A DNA stretch of 64,000 nucleotides. Origin: Actinomycetota bacterium. Its GTDB lineage: Bacteria > Actinomycetota > Coriobacteriia > Anaerosomatales > PHET01. This document shows positions 52,665-62,568 of this stretch, piece after piece; position 1 is the stretch's first letter; each line of letters starts with the position of its first letter. The stretch covers positions 43,531-107,530 of the forward strand of contig JAJUJM010000006.1 of NCBI GenBank assembly GCA_029265315.1, in the 5' to 3' direction. The position numbers and the translations under genes were made by a program. Below the pieces are notes generated by a model that was given only the letters and a program-made list of their open reading frames with translations, was not told the origin of the DNA and searched no databases.

Positions 52665-53060
52665 ATGAACCGTGAGGTCCACCACGACTTCACGCTCAGG
52701 TGGGCGCTCGAGACCGGGTTCTCGTTGACCGAGGCGCAGACGATCGCGGACGCGAACTGGGCGTGTGACCGCGTCCACACCGATCTGCTCGGCAAGCGCT
52801 TCCATTGGCCTGTCTTCGGCTCCATGCTGGTAGCCCGTCTGCGGTTGCGTGATGCTGTGCGCGACCGCGACCTCGTCGCGCTCGGAGAGGCGCTGCACGC
52901 CGTCCAGGATTCGATCGGGCACGGTTTCTGGGGACACGTCTACCACTGGCCCGGCATTGATCGCTGGGGACAGCGGGGGGTCTCGGTGCGTGCGCGCATC
53001 GAATCCCGCTCCCGTCACATGCTCGCAGAGTACCTGCGTCGCGTCCGCTCTTCCGGGTGA
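52665..53060 (+). CDS. Small His-rich hypothetical protein, possible zinc phospholipase C/S1-P1-like fold
   Basis: EVHHDFT, AN..CD, HW, LGEALHAVQD..GH. Confidence 0.6.
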   Translation: MNREVHHDFTLRWALETGFSLTEAQTIADANWACDRVHTDLLGKRFHWPVFGSMLVARLRLRDAVRDRDLVALGEALHAVQDSIGHGFWGHVYHWPGIDRWGQRGVSVRARIESRSRHMLAEYLRRVRSSG

Positions 53061-53255
53061 ACCGCGAAAGGTCTTGAGTTCGCGTCGGACCGCTGGGCTC
53101 CTGAGCGCACTGACTGTGCCTTGACGGCCGTCCGCAGCAGGCGCTCATGGGTGAGTGGGTGGAGTGAGGGGTGCCTCATCTTGGCTTCGAGGGGACGGGG
53201 CCATGTGGCGCAGTTGTAGCCGAGGGACGTTATGCAGGGCCTGCGTCGCGGGTAG

Positions 53256-53271
53256 AGTGATGGATGTCACA
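53256..53271. promoter_or_regulatory. Candidate CRP/GlxR-family binding site
   Basis: aGTGA-tggatg-TCACA, about 35 bp upstream of the response regulator start. Confidence 0.4.
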
Positions 53272-53305
53272 CTCTCCAGAATCTCGCATCGGGGGGATCA
53301 CATCG

Positions 53306-53950
53306 ATGGACCCGATCCGGGTCGTGGTTGCCGCTGATCACGAGCTCACACACTACGCCCTGCGCAGCGTGCTCGAGGCGCAGGACGACGTGACGTTGGT
53401 CGGTGAGACCCACGAGGGATCGCTGGCCGTCGCCTTGTGCGAGGACGTCTTGCCGGACGTCCTCGTCATGGACCTGAGAGTCTCGGGCGTGAGTCACGCC
53501 GAGGTCTGCGAGCGCGTCCGGGAGCGCAGTCCCGCGACGAAGGTGCTCATAGTCGCGGACGGGGGGCAGGACCCGGACCCGCTGACCGCGCTCGACGCGG
53601 GCGCGTGCGGCATCCTCTTGAGCGACGCGAACCCGGAGCACATCGTCCATGCGGTGCGTGCCGTCGCGGACGGGCAGACCGTGCTCGATCACGAGGCCGT
53701 CGAGCGCGTCACGTCCTCGAGTCCTCATGCCGTCGCGAGAGACGCGCCGCCACTGTCTGCGCGCGAGGCTGAGGTGCTCGCCCTCATGGCGAAAGGACTC
53801 TCGAACCACGAGATCGGTCGCGCGCTGTGGATCGGCGAGACGACCGTCAAGACGCACGTCAGCCACATCCTGCGCAAGCTGGGAAAAGCGGACCGCACTC
53901 AAGCGGTCATCGAGGCCGTGAGGCTGGGCATGGTGGACCTCGACCGCTGA
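53306..53950 (+). CDS. NarL/LuxR-family response regulator (atypical receiver, no adjacent kinase)
   Basis: PDVLVMDL receiver; LSARE.EVL..MAKGLSN.EI..L.I.E.TVKTHV HTH. Confidence 0.9.
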   Translation: MDPIRVVVAADHELTHYALRSVLEAQDDVTLVGETHEGSLAVALCEDVLPDVLVMDLRVSGVSHAEVCERVRERSPATKVLIVADGGQDPDPLTALDAGACGILLSDANPEHIVHAVRAVADGQTVLDHEAVERVTSSSPHAVARDAPPLSAREAEVLALMAKGLSNHEIGRALWIGETTVKTHVSHILRKLGKADRTQAVIEAVRLGMVDLDR

Positions 53951-54026
53951 CGTACGCCTCGCGATGCGACATACTTCGCCCACCTGTCTTTTTCGTCTAC
54001 CGGAAGCCGCGTGAAAGCGAGTCGTC

Positions 54027-54590
54027 ATGGACCGCGACAAGATCGAGACGGGCGTGCGCCTCATACTCGAGGGGATTGGCGAGGACCCGACGCGGGAAGG
54101 TCTCATCGAGACGCCTCGCAGGGTCGCCGACATGTACGCCGAGATCTTCTCGGGGCTGACCGAAGATGCCGGCGAGCACTTCTGCGTGACCTTCAACGAA
54201 GGCCACCAGGAGATGGTGCTCGTTCGTGACATCCCGCTGTACTCTGTGTGCGAGCACCATCTGGTACCCTTCCTCGGCCGCGCCCACGTCGCCTACATCC
54301 CTGGGAAGCACGGACGCATCTGCGGTCTGTCGAAGCTCGCCCGTGTCGTCGATGTCTTCGCCAAGCGGCCCCAAGTACAGGAGCGGATGACCTCGCAGGT
54401 CGCTGACACCATCGTGGCCCACCTCGACCCCGCCGGTGTCATCGTCGTGATCGAGGCTGAGCATCTGTGCATGTCCATGCGCGGGGTGAAGAAGCCCGGC
54501 TCCATGACGGTGACGAGCGCGGTGCGGGGCATATTCGAGCGCAGTGCGGCGACTCGCGCCGAGGCGATGTCGCTCATCACCGGGAGGTAG
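54027..54590 (+). CDS. folE: GTP cyclohydrolase I
   Basis: REGL.ETP.RVA, S.CEHHL.PF, GLSKL, RPQVQER, HLCM.MRGV. Confidence 0.96.
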   Translation: MDRDKIETGVRLILEGIGEDPTREGLIETPRRVADMYAEIFSGLTEDAGEHFCVTFNEGHQEMVLVRDIPLYSVCEHHLVPFLGRAHVAYIPGKHGRICGLSKLARVVDVFAKRPQVQERMTSQVADTIVAHLDPAGVIVVIEAEHLCMSMRGVKKPGSMTVTSAVRGIFERSAATRAEAMSLITGR

Positions 54591-54598
54591 TCTCGAAC

Positions 54599-55426
54599 GT
54601 GAAGAGCTGGCAGTGTGGCTCTATCTCGTTATCGCTCGCCCGGCCCTTGGTCATGGGCATCGTGAACGTCACGCCGGATTCATTCTCCGATGGCGGGGAC
54701 CACGCCGATACCGCGTCCGCGGTCGCGCATGGCGAGTCGCTGAGTACTCAAGGCGCGGACATCCTCGACGTGGGAGGGGAGTCGACGCGCCCCGGCGCCG
54801 TCGCGGTCGCGCCGGCCGATGAGCTCGCCCGGGTACTTCCGGTCGTCGCCCGGTTGTCTGAGACCGGGACACCCGTGTCCGTCGACACTCGTCGACCCGA
54901 GGTGGCCGCCGCGTGTGTCGAGGCGGGCGCGAGCGTCGTGAACAACGTCTCCGGGTTCCGAGATCCGGCTATGGTCGACGTCGTCGCCGCGAGCGACTGC
55001 GGCGTCGTGATCATGCACATGCTCGGGGAGCCATCATCGATGCAGGTCGGCCCGCACTACAGCGATGTGGTCGCTGAGGTGGAGGGCCACCTGCTCGCAC
55101 AGGCGGCGATGCTTGAGGCGGCCGGTGTGGACCGGGAGCGCATCGCGATAGACCCGGGCATCGGTTTCGGTAAGACGCTCGAGCACAACATCGCGCTCTT
55201 GCGGGCGGTGCCGAGATTCGCAAGTCACGGCTACCCTGTCGTCATAGGCGCTTCGCGCAAGCGCTTCATCGGCGACATGACAGGAGAGAGCGAGCCCAAG
55301 GCCCGGCTCGGAGGTTCTGTCGCGGCAGCTCTCTTCGCCGCACGGTCGGGCGCGTCTGTCGTGCGCGTACACGATGTGGCCGCGACGGCGCAGGCGCTCG
55401 CGGTGGACGCGGCGCTCGGTGGCTGA
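54599..55426 (+). CDS. folP: Dihydropteroate synthase
   Basis: MGIVNVTPDSFSDGG, GGESTRPG, DPGIGFGK, SRK, RVHDV. Confidence 0.95.
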   Translation: MKSWQCGSISLSLARPLVMGIVNVTPDSFSDGGDHADTASAVAHGESLSTQGADILDVGGESTRPGAVAVAPADELARVLPVVARLSETGTPVSVDTRRPEVAAACVEAGASVVNNVSGFRDPAMVDVVAASDCGVVIMHMLGEPSSMQVGPHYSDVVAEVEGHLLAQAAMLEAAGVDRERIAIDPGIGFGKTLEHNIALLRAVPRFASHGYPVVIGASRKRFIGDMTGESEPKARLGGSVAAALFAARSGASVVRVHDVAATAQALAVDAALGG

Positions 55427-55494
55427 ACCGCGTCGAGTGCGGGAATACCTTGCTTGGGACCATCGCGTGACGACGATTCGGGAGGCGACCGGCC

Positions 55495-56373
55495 ATGGCC
55501 ACAGCGTACATCGCGCTCGGCAGCAACCTCGACCCGCGGATGGCGAACCTCGCGAACGCGCTCGAAGCGATCGCTCATCTGCCTGAGACGCACGTGGAGG
55601 ACGCGTCGAACGCGTACGAGTCGGAACCCGCCTACGTCGAGGACCAACCCCGTTTCCTGAACGCGGTGGTCAAGGTCACGACGACGCTCACACCAGACGC
55701 GCTGCTCGCGCACCTCATGGATGTCGAAGCCGCCTTGGGCAGGGTGCGGGCCGAGGAGAACGGACCGCGCGTCATCGACCTCGACCTGCTGCTCTACGAC
55801 GACGAGGAGAGGGTCTCGGATACGCTCACGCTCCCTCATCCGCGTCTGCTCGAGCGCGATTTCGTCGTGACGCCGCTGCTCGAGATCGCCCCCGATATCG
55901 TGCTCCCTGATGGCACCCGCCCGCGTCGCGATGCGGCTCCCGTCGGTCGCGTCACCAGAGACGCCGGACCCATCCCCGATGTCGACCATCTCCACGACGT
56001 GCCGGTCGAACCGGCCGAGTGGGTGGCCGTCGCGGCGAGCGAGGACGTGACCGACCGCATCTCCGGTTTCGACGCGGCGCTGCAGTTCGCTCGTCAGGTG
56101 TTGGCCGCCGAGGGGATTCCGGTGGCGTGGGACCCGTACGAGCCCGGTGTCGAGACCGACCCGTTCGGGATGATGGTGCCGTTCAAGCTGCTCGTGCCGG
56201 CCGCAGACGAACAACGCGCTCGTGAAGCGCTCGCCGCTGCGATGCAGGCCGAGCCGCGCATCCCGGACGATGAGGCGGGGTCTGACGACTCCACGGCGGA
56301 CTCCACGGGACCCGAGAGCGACACGTGGCTGGACGCGGAAGACGAGTGGGTCGAAGGTGTGCCTCCCGCGTGA
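55495..56373 (+). CDS. folK: HPPK fused to an extra C-terminal domain
   Basis: AYIALGSNL, FLNAV, GPRVIDLDLL, PHPR..ERDFV; extra ~130 aa. Confidence 0.9.
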   Translation: MATAYIALGSNLDPRMANLANALEAIAHLPETHVEDASNAYESEPAYVEDQPRFLNAVVKVTTTLTPDALLAHLMDVEAALGRVRAEENGPRVIDLDLLLYDDEERVSDTLTLPHPRLLERDFVVTPLLEIAPDIVLPDGTRPRRDAAPVGRVTRDAGPIPDVDHLHDVPVEPAEWVAVAASEDVTDRISGFDAALQFARQVLAAEGIPVAWDPYEPGVETDPFGMMVPFKLLVPAADEQRAREALAAAMQAEPRIPDDEAGSDDSTADSTGPESDTWLDAEDEWVEGVPPA

Positions 56374-56461
56374 TGGGATGTATACTCGCACTCCCTCGAC
56401 GGAGGGCCGCGTGGACCCGTGTCGTGCGGGCTGCGACGGCGGACCGACATAGGAGGCCGAG

Positions 56462-57367
56462 TTGAGCGCTTCTTCCTCTGCGTCACCCAGGATGACGGCT
56501 ACCGCCCTGAAGGCCATGAAGGGCGCTTCAGAGCCGATCGTCGTCGTCACCGCGTACGATCACCCCACGGCCCGGCTGGCTGACGCGGCCGGGGTGGACG
56601 CCATCCTCGTGGGCGATTCCCTTGGCATGACGGTGCTCGGCCACGAGAGCACGCTCAGGGTCACCATGGACGACATGGTGCGAGCCACTTCGGCCGTGTC
56701 GGGCGCCGTCTCGCACGCGCTTGTGATCGCGGACATGCCGTTCGGTAGCTGGCAGACGAGCGTCGAGGACGGCGTCAGGAACGCGGTGCGCCTCGTCGCC
56801 GAAGGCGGGGCGCAGGCGGTCAAGATCGAAGGAGCTGATGCGCACACGCTGGAGGTCATCACCCGGGTCGTCGATGCCGGCATCCCGGTCATGGGGCACG
56901 TCGGTCTCACGCCACAGTCGGTGAACGCCATCGGCGGGTACCGGACACAGGGCGTGGATGCCGAGTCGGCGATGATGGTCATCGAGGACGCTGCCCGTGT
57001 CGAAGAGGCGCTCGCGTTCTCGGTCGTGCTCGAGTGCATCCCCACCGAGGTGGCGGACTACATCACCAGCGACCTTGAGGTCCCGACGATCGGGATAGGC
57101 GCGGGCGGCGGGTGTGATGGCCAGGTGCAGGTGCTGCACGACGTCATCGGGCTCACCGAGAGGATGCCGCGCCACGCGAAGCGGTATGCCGACGTCGCCG
57201 GCGAGATCGAACGGGCCCTGGCGGCGCTCGCCGACGACATCAGAGCACGGCGGTTCCCCACTGCTGAGATGAGCACGCCTGCCTCGAAGGGCCTCGTGCG
57301 TGAGGCACTGGACCTGCGCAGGGCACTGTTCGCCGCGCTCGAGGAGATCGAGGACCTCGAACGGTGA
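56462..57367 (+). CDS. panB: 3-methyl-2-oxobutanoate hydroxymethyltransferase
   Basis: TAYD, LVGDSLG, ADMPF, VKIEG, GHVGLTPQ, IGIGAG. Confidence 0.95.
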   Translation: MSASSSASPRMTATALKAMKGASEPIVVVTAYDHPTARLADAAGVDAILVGDSLGMTVLGHESTLRVTMDDMVRATSAVSGAVSHALVIADMPFGSWQTSVEDGVRNAVRLVAEGGAQAVKIEGADAHTLEVITRVVDAGIPVMGHVGLTPQSVNAIGGYRTQGVDAESAMMVIEDAARVEEALAFSVVLECIPTEVADYITSDLEVPTIGIGAGGGCDGQVQVLHDVIGLTERMPRHAKRYADVAGEIERALAALADDIRARRFPTAEMSTPASKGLVREALDLRRALFAALEEIEDLER

Positions 57368-58242
57368 TCGAGCGGCTTTCAAGCAAGAGCGAGGTCCGGG
57401 CCGCGGTGGCCGCGGCGCGTCGTGATGGCAAGAGGGTCGGCTTCGTCCCCACGATGGGGGCCCTGCACGCCGGACACCTCTCATTGGTGCAAGCCGCGTG
57501 CGCCCGGACGGACATCGTCGTGGCGTCCATCTTCGTCAACCCGACGCAGTTCGGTCCCGGCGAGGACTTCGATGCGTATCCTCGCCGGATCGAGGCCGAT
57601 ATCGAGCTGCTCGCCGCTGACGGCGTGGAGATCGCGTTCACGCCCTCTGCGGCAGAGATGTACGGCGACGGCGCTGCCGTGACGGTCGAGCCCGGACCAC
57701 TCGCTTCGCGATGGGAGGGGGAGGTGCGCCCGGGGCACTTCACGGGAGTGGCGACGGTCGTGACGAAGCTGCTCTCCGTCGTCCGCCCTGACATCGCGTT
57801 CTTCGGCGAGAAGGACTACCAGCAGCTCCAGATCGTCAAGCGAGTCGTCGCCGACCTCGACCTGGGCTGTCAGGTGGTTGGCTGCCCCACCGTTCGCGAC
57901 GAGGACGGCTTGGCGCTTTCAAGCCGTAACGCGTACCTGACGGCCGAGGAGCGCCACCTCGCGCTCGCCTTGCCGGCCGCGCTCGAGGCGGCCGAACAGG
58001 CCGCGGCCTGGGGCGAGCGGTCAGCGGACGTGCTGGTCGCGCTGATGCGTGACACGGTCGCCGAACGTGCGGGAGGGGCCCTCGCGCTGGACTACGCCGC
58101 CGTGGTCGATCCCGAGACGCTCGAGCCACTCGAGCGCGTGGACCATCGCGCGCGCGCCCTCATCGCCGGGCGATTGGGCAGCACGCGTCTCATCGACAAC
58201 TGCTCCATCACCGTGACGGATCGCGAGCCGAACGGTGCCTGA
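57364..58242 (+). CDS. panC: Pantoate--beta-alanine ligase
   Basis: VPTMGALHAGH, FVNPTQF, RPGHF, GEKDYQQ, GLALSSRN, RLIDN. Confidence 0.96.
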   Translation: MIERLSSKSEVRAAVAAARRDGKRVGFVPTMGALHAGHLSLVQAACARTDIVVASIFVNPTQFGPGEDFDAYPRRIEADIELLAADGVEIAFTPSAAEMYGDGAAVTVEPGPLASRWEGEVRPGHFTGVATVVTKLLSVVRPDIAFFGEKDYQQLQIVKRVVADLDLGCQVVGCPTVRDEDGLALSSRNAYLTAEERHLALALPAALEAAEQAAAWGERSADVLVALMRDTVAERAGGALALDYAAVVDPETLEPLERVDHRARALIAGRLGSTRLIDNCSITVTDREPNGA

Positions 58243-58274
58243 TCTCGAGAAGGTATCAGCGGAGGGAGTCATGC

Positions 58275-59198
58275 GTGCCTGACGCCGACGCCATCGCGAA
58301 GCTACAGGCTCGAATCCGAGAGCTGGCCCGTGAGCGCGACGCCGTACTCATCGCGCACAACTACCAGCGTCCTGAGATCCAGGACGTCGCGGACTTCACG
58401 GGTGATTCCCTCGGGCTGTCACGTCAAGCGGCCGCGACCGATGCCCGCGTGATCGTGTTCGCAGGCGTCCACTTCATGGCGGAGACGGCCAAGATACTCG
58501 CTCCCGAGAAGCGCGTGTTGCTGCCGGAGCCGCGGGCGGGGTGCCCGATGGCGGACATGATCACCGGCGAGGAGCTGGCGGCGTGGCGAGCGGAGCACCC
58601 CGGCATCCCGGTGGTCACGTACGTGAACTCGTCCGCGGAGGTCAAGTCGCACTCGGATGTGTGTGTGACGAGCGCGAACGCGGTCGAGGTGGTGCGCGCG
58701 TTGGGGGCTGAACGGGTCCTGTTCGCGCCGGACCGCAATCTGGGCAGGTGGGTCGCCCGGTCGCTTCCGGGTGTGGAGGTGCTGCTGTGGGAGGGCTGGT
58801 GCCCGACGCACGATGAGGTCACGGTCGAGCAGGTGCAGGCGGCGCGTGTGGAACATCCCGATGCGCGTGTGATGGTGCACCCCGAGTGCCGCCCCGAGGT
58901 GGTCGACCTGGCTGATGTCGTGCTGTCCACGTCGCAGATGCTTCGCTACGCCGCGACCGAGCCAGCCGACGAGTTCATCGTGGTCACCGAGTCGGGCCTC
59001 ACCCATGCGTTGCACAAGGCGGCGCCGGGCAAGCGGTTCTTCGAACTTCGTCCGCGCATGCTGTGTCCCAACATGAAGCTCACGACGCTCGCGAAGGTGC
59101 ACGATGCGCTCGTGCACGACCGGTTCGCGGTCGAGGTCCCCGCAGATGTCGCAGCCCGGGCCCGCGTCGCGGTCGAGCGGATGGTGGCGATTGGCTGA
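58275..59198 (+). CDS. nadA: Quinolinate synthase
   Basis: AHNYQ, GDSL, GVHFMAE, GCPMA, YVNS, C.TH, HPEC, CPNM. Confidence 0.95.
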   Translation: MPDADAIAKLQARIRELARERDAVLIAHNYQRPEIQDVADFTGDSLGLSRQAAATDARVIVFAGVHFMAETAKILAPEKRVLLPEPRAGCPMADMITGEELAAWRAEHPGIPVVTYVNSSAEVKSHSDVCVTSANAVEVVRALGAERVLFAPDRNLGRWVARSLPGVEVLLWEGWCPTHDEVTVEQVQAARVEHPDARVMVHPECRPEVVDLADVVLSTSQMLRYAATEPADEFIVVTESGLTHALHKAAPGKRFFELRPRMLCPNMKLTTLAKVHDALVHDRFAVEVPADVAARARVAVERMVAIG

Positions 59199-60864
59199 CG
59201 CGCTTGCGCTCGCCCCGGTTTCAGGGGTCGTACCTGCGGCTGTCACCGTCCGCACCACTGATGTGCTCGTCATCGGCACGGGCATCGCGGGACTCACTGC
59301 GGCGCTGCACTGCTCGCGCGACCGCGATGTCACCGTCGTGACAAAGGGCCGCCTGTCGCAGACGAACACGTGGTATGCACAAGGCGGCATCGCGGGGGCG
59401 GTCGGTGAGCACGACTCGATCGAGTCGCACGTGGCGGACACGCTCGAGGTGGGCCAAGGGCTGTGCGACGAGGCGGTGGTGCGCGCCGTCGCCGGCGAGG
59501 CGCCGGAGGCACTTGAGTCGCTGCTCGGGTTCGGCGTGCGTTTCGACCTCGCCGAATCCGGTGGCGTCGCACTGGCCCGGGAAGGCGGCCATTCGCTTCC
59601 GCGCGTGTTGCACTCCGGCGACCGCACCGGAGCGGCCATCCAGCAGGCGCTCACCGCCACGCTCCTTGAACGCTCGCGCATCCCGGTGCTTGAGCACCGG
59701 TTCCTCGCCGAGCTCCTCACCCGTGCGGACGGGACGTGTGCGGGCGCACTCGTCTTCGACACCGTTCGGGGGGTGTATGAGGTGTACCTGGCCGGAGCTG
59801 TGGTCTTGGCGACCGGCGGGGCGGGCGGCGTCTTCCGCGTCACGACGAACCCGCCCGAGGCTACCGGCGACGGCGTGGCCGCGGCGTGGCGGGCCGGGGT
59901 CGAGGTCGCCGACCTCGAGTTCGTGCAGTTCCACCCCACGGCGCTCGGCCACGAGGCGGCCCCACGTTTCCTCGTGAGCGAGGCCCTGCGCGGGGAGGGC
60001 GCCTACCTCAAGGATTGCGACGGCAGGCGCTTCATGGTCGGGGTGCACCCACTCGCCGAACTCGCGCCCCGCGATGTCGTCAGCCGCGAGATCGAGCGAG
60101 TGATGAAGCGATGCGGCAGCCCGCACGTGTGGCTCGATGCGCGCCACCTGGGCGAAGCGCACCTTCGTGCCCGGTTCCCCAACATCTGGGCCGCTTGCAG
60201 CGAAGCCGGGTACGACCTGTCCCGTGACCTCGTGCCGGTCGCCCCGGCAGCCCACTACTTCGTCGGCGGGGTGAGGTGTGATGTGGACGGGCGTTCGAGC
60301 ATGCCGGGCCTGTACGTGTCCGGGGAAGTGGCGGCGTCCGGCCTTCACGGTGCGAACCGTCTCGCATCGAACTCGCTGCTGGAGGGGCTCGTCTTCTCCC
60401 GCCGGATCGCTCGAGCGCTTGATGCGGACGGCATAGGAGTCGCCCCGGACGCGGACTCTTCGATGCTCTCGAAGGTCTTCATGGCGTCGTCCGGGTCGAG
60501 CGCTTCGGGCATCGTGGAGTCCATCACGCTTGACGAGCTTCATGATCTGGCCGCGGCGGGTCTTGGGATGACGCGGACCGCCCGAGGGCTCGCCGGGGTC
60601 GAGGCGAGACTCGGCGAGTTCACGCACGTCGCCGTGTCGTGCTCGAAGGCGGATGCAGCGGGCGAGGTGAAGCGGCGAGAGCTCGTGAACCTGGCCTGTG
60701 TCGCGGGGCTCGTCGCGCGCGCCGCGGCCATGCGTACTGAATCGAGAGGGTGCCACAGCAGACTCGATTTCCCATCGCGCGATGACTCACGCTGGCGCGG
60801 GCATCTGGTCTTCACCTATGGTCGTGAGACGCGATTCGTGGCCGTGACCGGCGAGGAGGACTGA
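59191..60864 (+). CDS. nadB: L-aspartate oxidase
   Basis: GTGIAG, AQGGIA, EGGHS, QFHPT, SEALRGEG, LAPRD, AAHY, GLHGANRLASNSLLE; start taken at TTG overlapping the nadA stop. Confidence 0.93.
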   Translation: MADALALAPVSGVVPAAVTVRTTDVLVIGTGIAGLTAALHCSRDRDVTVVTKGRLSQTNTWYAQGGIAGAVGEHDSIESHVADTLEVGQGLCDEAVVRAVAGEAPEALESLLGFGVRFDLAESGGVALAREGGHSLPRVLHSGDRTGAAIQQALTATLLERSRIPVLEHRFLAELLTRADGTCAGALVFDTVRGVYEVYLAGAVVLATGGAGGVFRVTTNPPEATGDGVAAAWRAGVEVADLEFVQFHPTALGHEAAPRFLVSEALRGEGAYLKDCDGRRFMVGVHPLAELAPRDVVSREIERVMKRCGSPHVWLDARHLGEAHLRARFPNIWAACSEAGYDLSRDLVPVAPAAHYFVGGVRCDVDGRSSMPGLYVSGEVAASGLHGANRLASNSLLEGLVFSRRIARALDADGIGVAPDADSSMLSKVFMASSGSSASGIVESITLDELHDLAAAGLGMTRTARGLAGVEARLGEFTHVAVSCSKADAAGEVKRRELVNLACVAGLVARAAAMRTESRGCHSRLDFPSRDDSRWRGHLVFTYGRETRFVAVTGEED

Positions 60865-61776
60865 GTGTACGAGCTGCCCGACATCACCTGGGTCGTGGCC
60901 AGCGCTCTGGCGGAGGACCTGGGCGTCCTGCCCTCGCGATTCACGGGTGATGGCGAGCCTGGGCTCGACATACTCGACCGCGACGTGACGTCGTCGAGCG
61001 TGACCGGTCTCGACGCTCGGTACACGGGAGTGATCGTCGCTCGTGAGGCGTGTGTGGTCGCTGGTCTGCCGGTGGCGGCTGCGGTGTTCGAGCGCCTATC
61101 GGCCGCGGCCGGCCTCTTCGAGCCGGTCGACGCGTTCCCGCTCGTCGCCGAAGGCACGGCGGTGCCTGCGGGCACCCCGGTCATGGAGGTCGACGGGCTC
61201 GCGTGTGCGGTGCTCGCCGGCGAGCGGACCGCGCTTGATTTCCTCATGGTCCTCTCCGGCATCGCCACCCGCACGCGGACGTGGGTCGAAGCCGCGGGCG
61301 ACCGGCTTACCGTGGTGGACACGCGCAAGACGTTGCCGGGCCTGCGTGAGCTGTCGAAGTACGCGGTCCGGGTCGGAGGGGCGAGGAACCACCGCATGGG
61401 CCTCTATGACATGGTCCTCATCAAGGACAACCACCTGCGCGGTGTGTCGATCGCCTCCGCGGTCGCTCGGGCACGCGCCGTGCATCCCGGGCTCGTCGTG
61501 GAGGTGGAGGCGGACACCCAGGCCCAGGCCGTCGAAGCGGTGGATGCGGGCGCGGACATCGTCCTGCTCGACAACATGGACGACGAGGAGTTGGCCCGGG
61601 TGGTCAGCGTCTGTCGTGCTCGTGCCGCTGCCGCTGGACGCGCGGTTGCGCTGGAGGCTTCCGGCGGAATCGGCATCGAGCGCTTGCGTGCGCTTGCCGT
61701 CGCCGGTGTGGATCGCGTGTCATCGAGCGATCTGACTCTTGCGCCGCCGGTCGACTTCGGATTGGATGAGCGCTGA
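60865..61776 (+). CDS. nadC: Quinolinate phosphoribosyltransferase
   Basis: ERTAL, DTRKT.PG, NHRMGL.D..LIKDNH, EVE, LLDN, EASGG. Confidence 0.95.
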   Translation: MYELPDITWVVASALAEDLGVLPSRFTGDGEPGLDILDRDVTSSSVTGLDARYTGVIVAREACVVAGLPVAAAVFERLSAAAGLFEPVDAFPLVAEGTAVPAGTPVMEVDGLACAVLAGERTALDFLMVLSGIATRTRTWVEAAGDRLTVVDTRKTLPGLRELSKYAVRVGGARNHRMGLYDMVLIKDNHLRGVSIASAVARARAVHPGLVVEVEADTQAQAVEAVDAGADIVLLDNMDDEELARVVSVCRARAAAAGRAVALEASGGIGIERLRALAVAGVDRVSSSDLTLAPPVDFGLDER

Positions 61777-61803
61777 CGCCTCGTCCGCGCCGTGGAGGTC
61801 CGC

Positions 61804-62568
61804 ATGCTCCCACAGACCGGCATCGCGATCCTCGATTGGATCCTGAGCTTCCTTGATGCCTGGGGCTACCTGATCGTCATCTTCTTCACCATCTTCGAGA
61901 ACATCTTCATCATCGGGACCTTGACGCCGGGTGAGACCATCGTCATCGCTGCCGCGTTCGTGTCCACCCACGGAAGTCTGGCGCTGCCTCTCGTGTGGGT
62001 CTGTTCGCTCGTCGGCACGCTGATCGGCAGCAACATCACGTACTGGGCGGGTCGTAGGCTCGGACTGGAAGCCTTCCGGGCATCGGTCGTGCGTGTCAGT
62101 CAGACTCGCATCGGGCGATTGCTGAAGGTCGACCCCAGTGCCATCGACGAGATTCAAGCCCACTTCGACGCGGACGGGTCGAAGACCGTCTTCTTCTCCC
62201 GTTTCGCTGTCGGGGCCAAGAACATGGTTCCCGCCATGGCGGGTGCGGTGAGGATGCCGGTGTTCTGGTTCGAGTTCCATACCGTCTTCAGCGCGACGAT
62301 CTACACATCGCTCATGTGCGCCATAGGCTGGTTTCTCGGCGAGAACATGCAGTACGCGCTGCAGGTGTCGCAGGGCATGAGCTGGTTCGGGCTGCTCGTG
62401 CTGCTCACGGTGGCCGGCGTGCTGTTCTACGCGCGACGCCGGAGCGCGAAGCGGCGCGAGGCCGTTCGGGCAGAAGCGGCTTGTGCCGACGGGGTCGATC
62501 AATCACAAGATGCTGCTCACGCCGAAGACGCTGCGTGCACCGATGAGGTCGATGGGGAGTCGGCGTGA
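61804..62568 (+). CDS. DedA-family membrane protein
   Basis: ENIFIIGTLTPGET, GSNITYWAGR, SRF, AG..RM. Confidence 0.88.
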   Translation: MLPQTGIAILDWILSFLDAWGYLIVIFFTIFENIFIIGTLTPGETIVIAAAFVSTHGSLALPLVWVCSLVGTLIGSNITYWAGRRLGLEAFRASVVRVSQTRIGRLLKVDPSAIDEIQAHFDADGSKTVFFSRFAVGAKNMVPAMAGAVRMPVFWFEFHTVFSATIYTSLMCAIGWFLGENMQYALQVSQGMSWFGLLVLLTVAGVLFYARRRSAKRREAVRAEAACADGVDQSQDAAHAEDAACTDEVDGESA

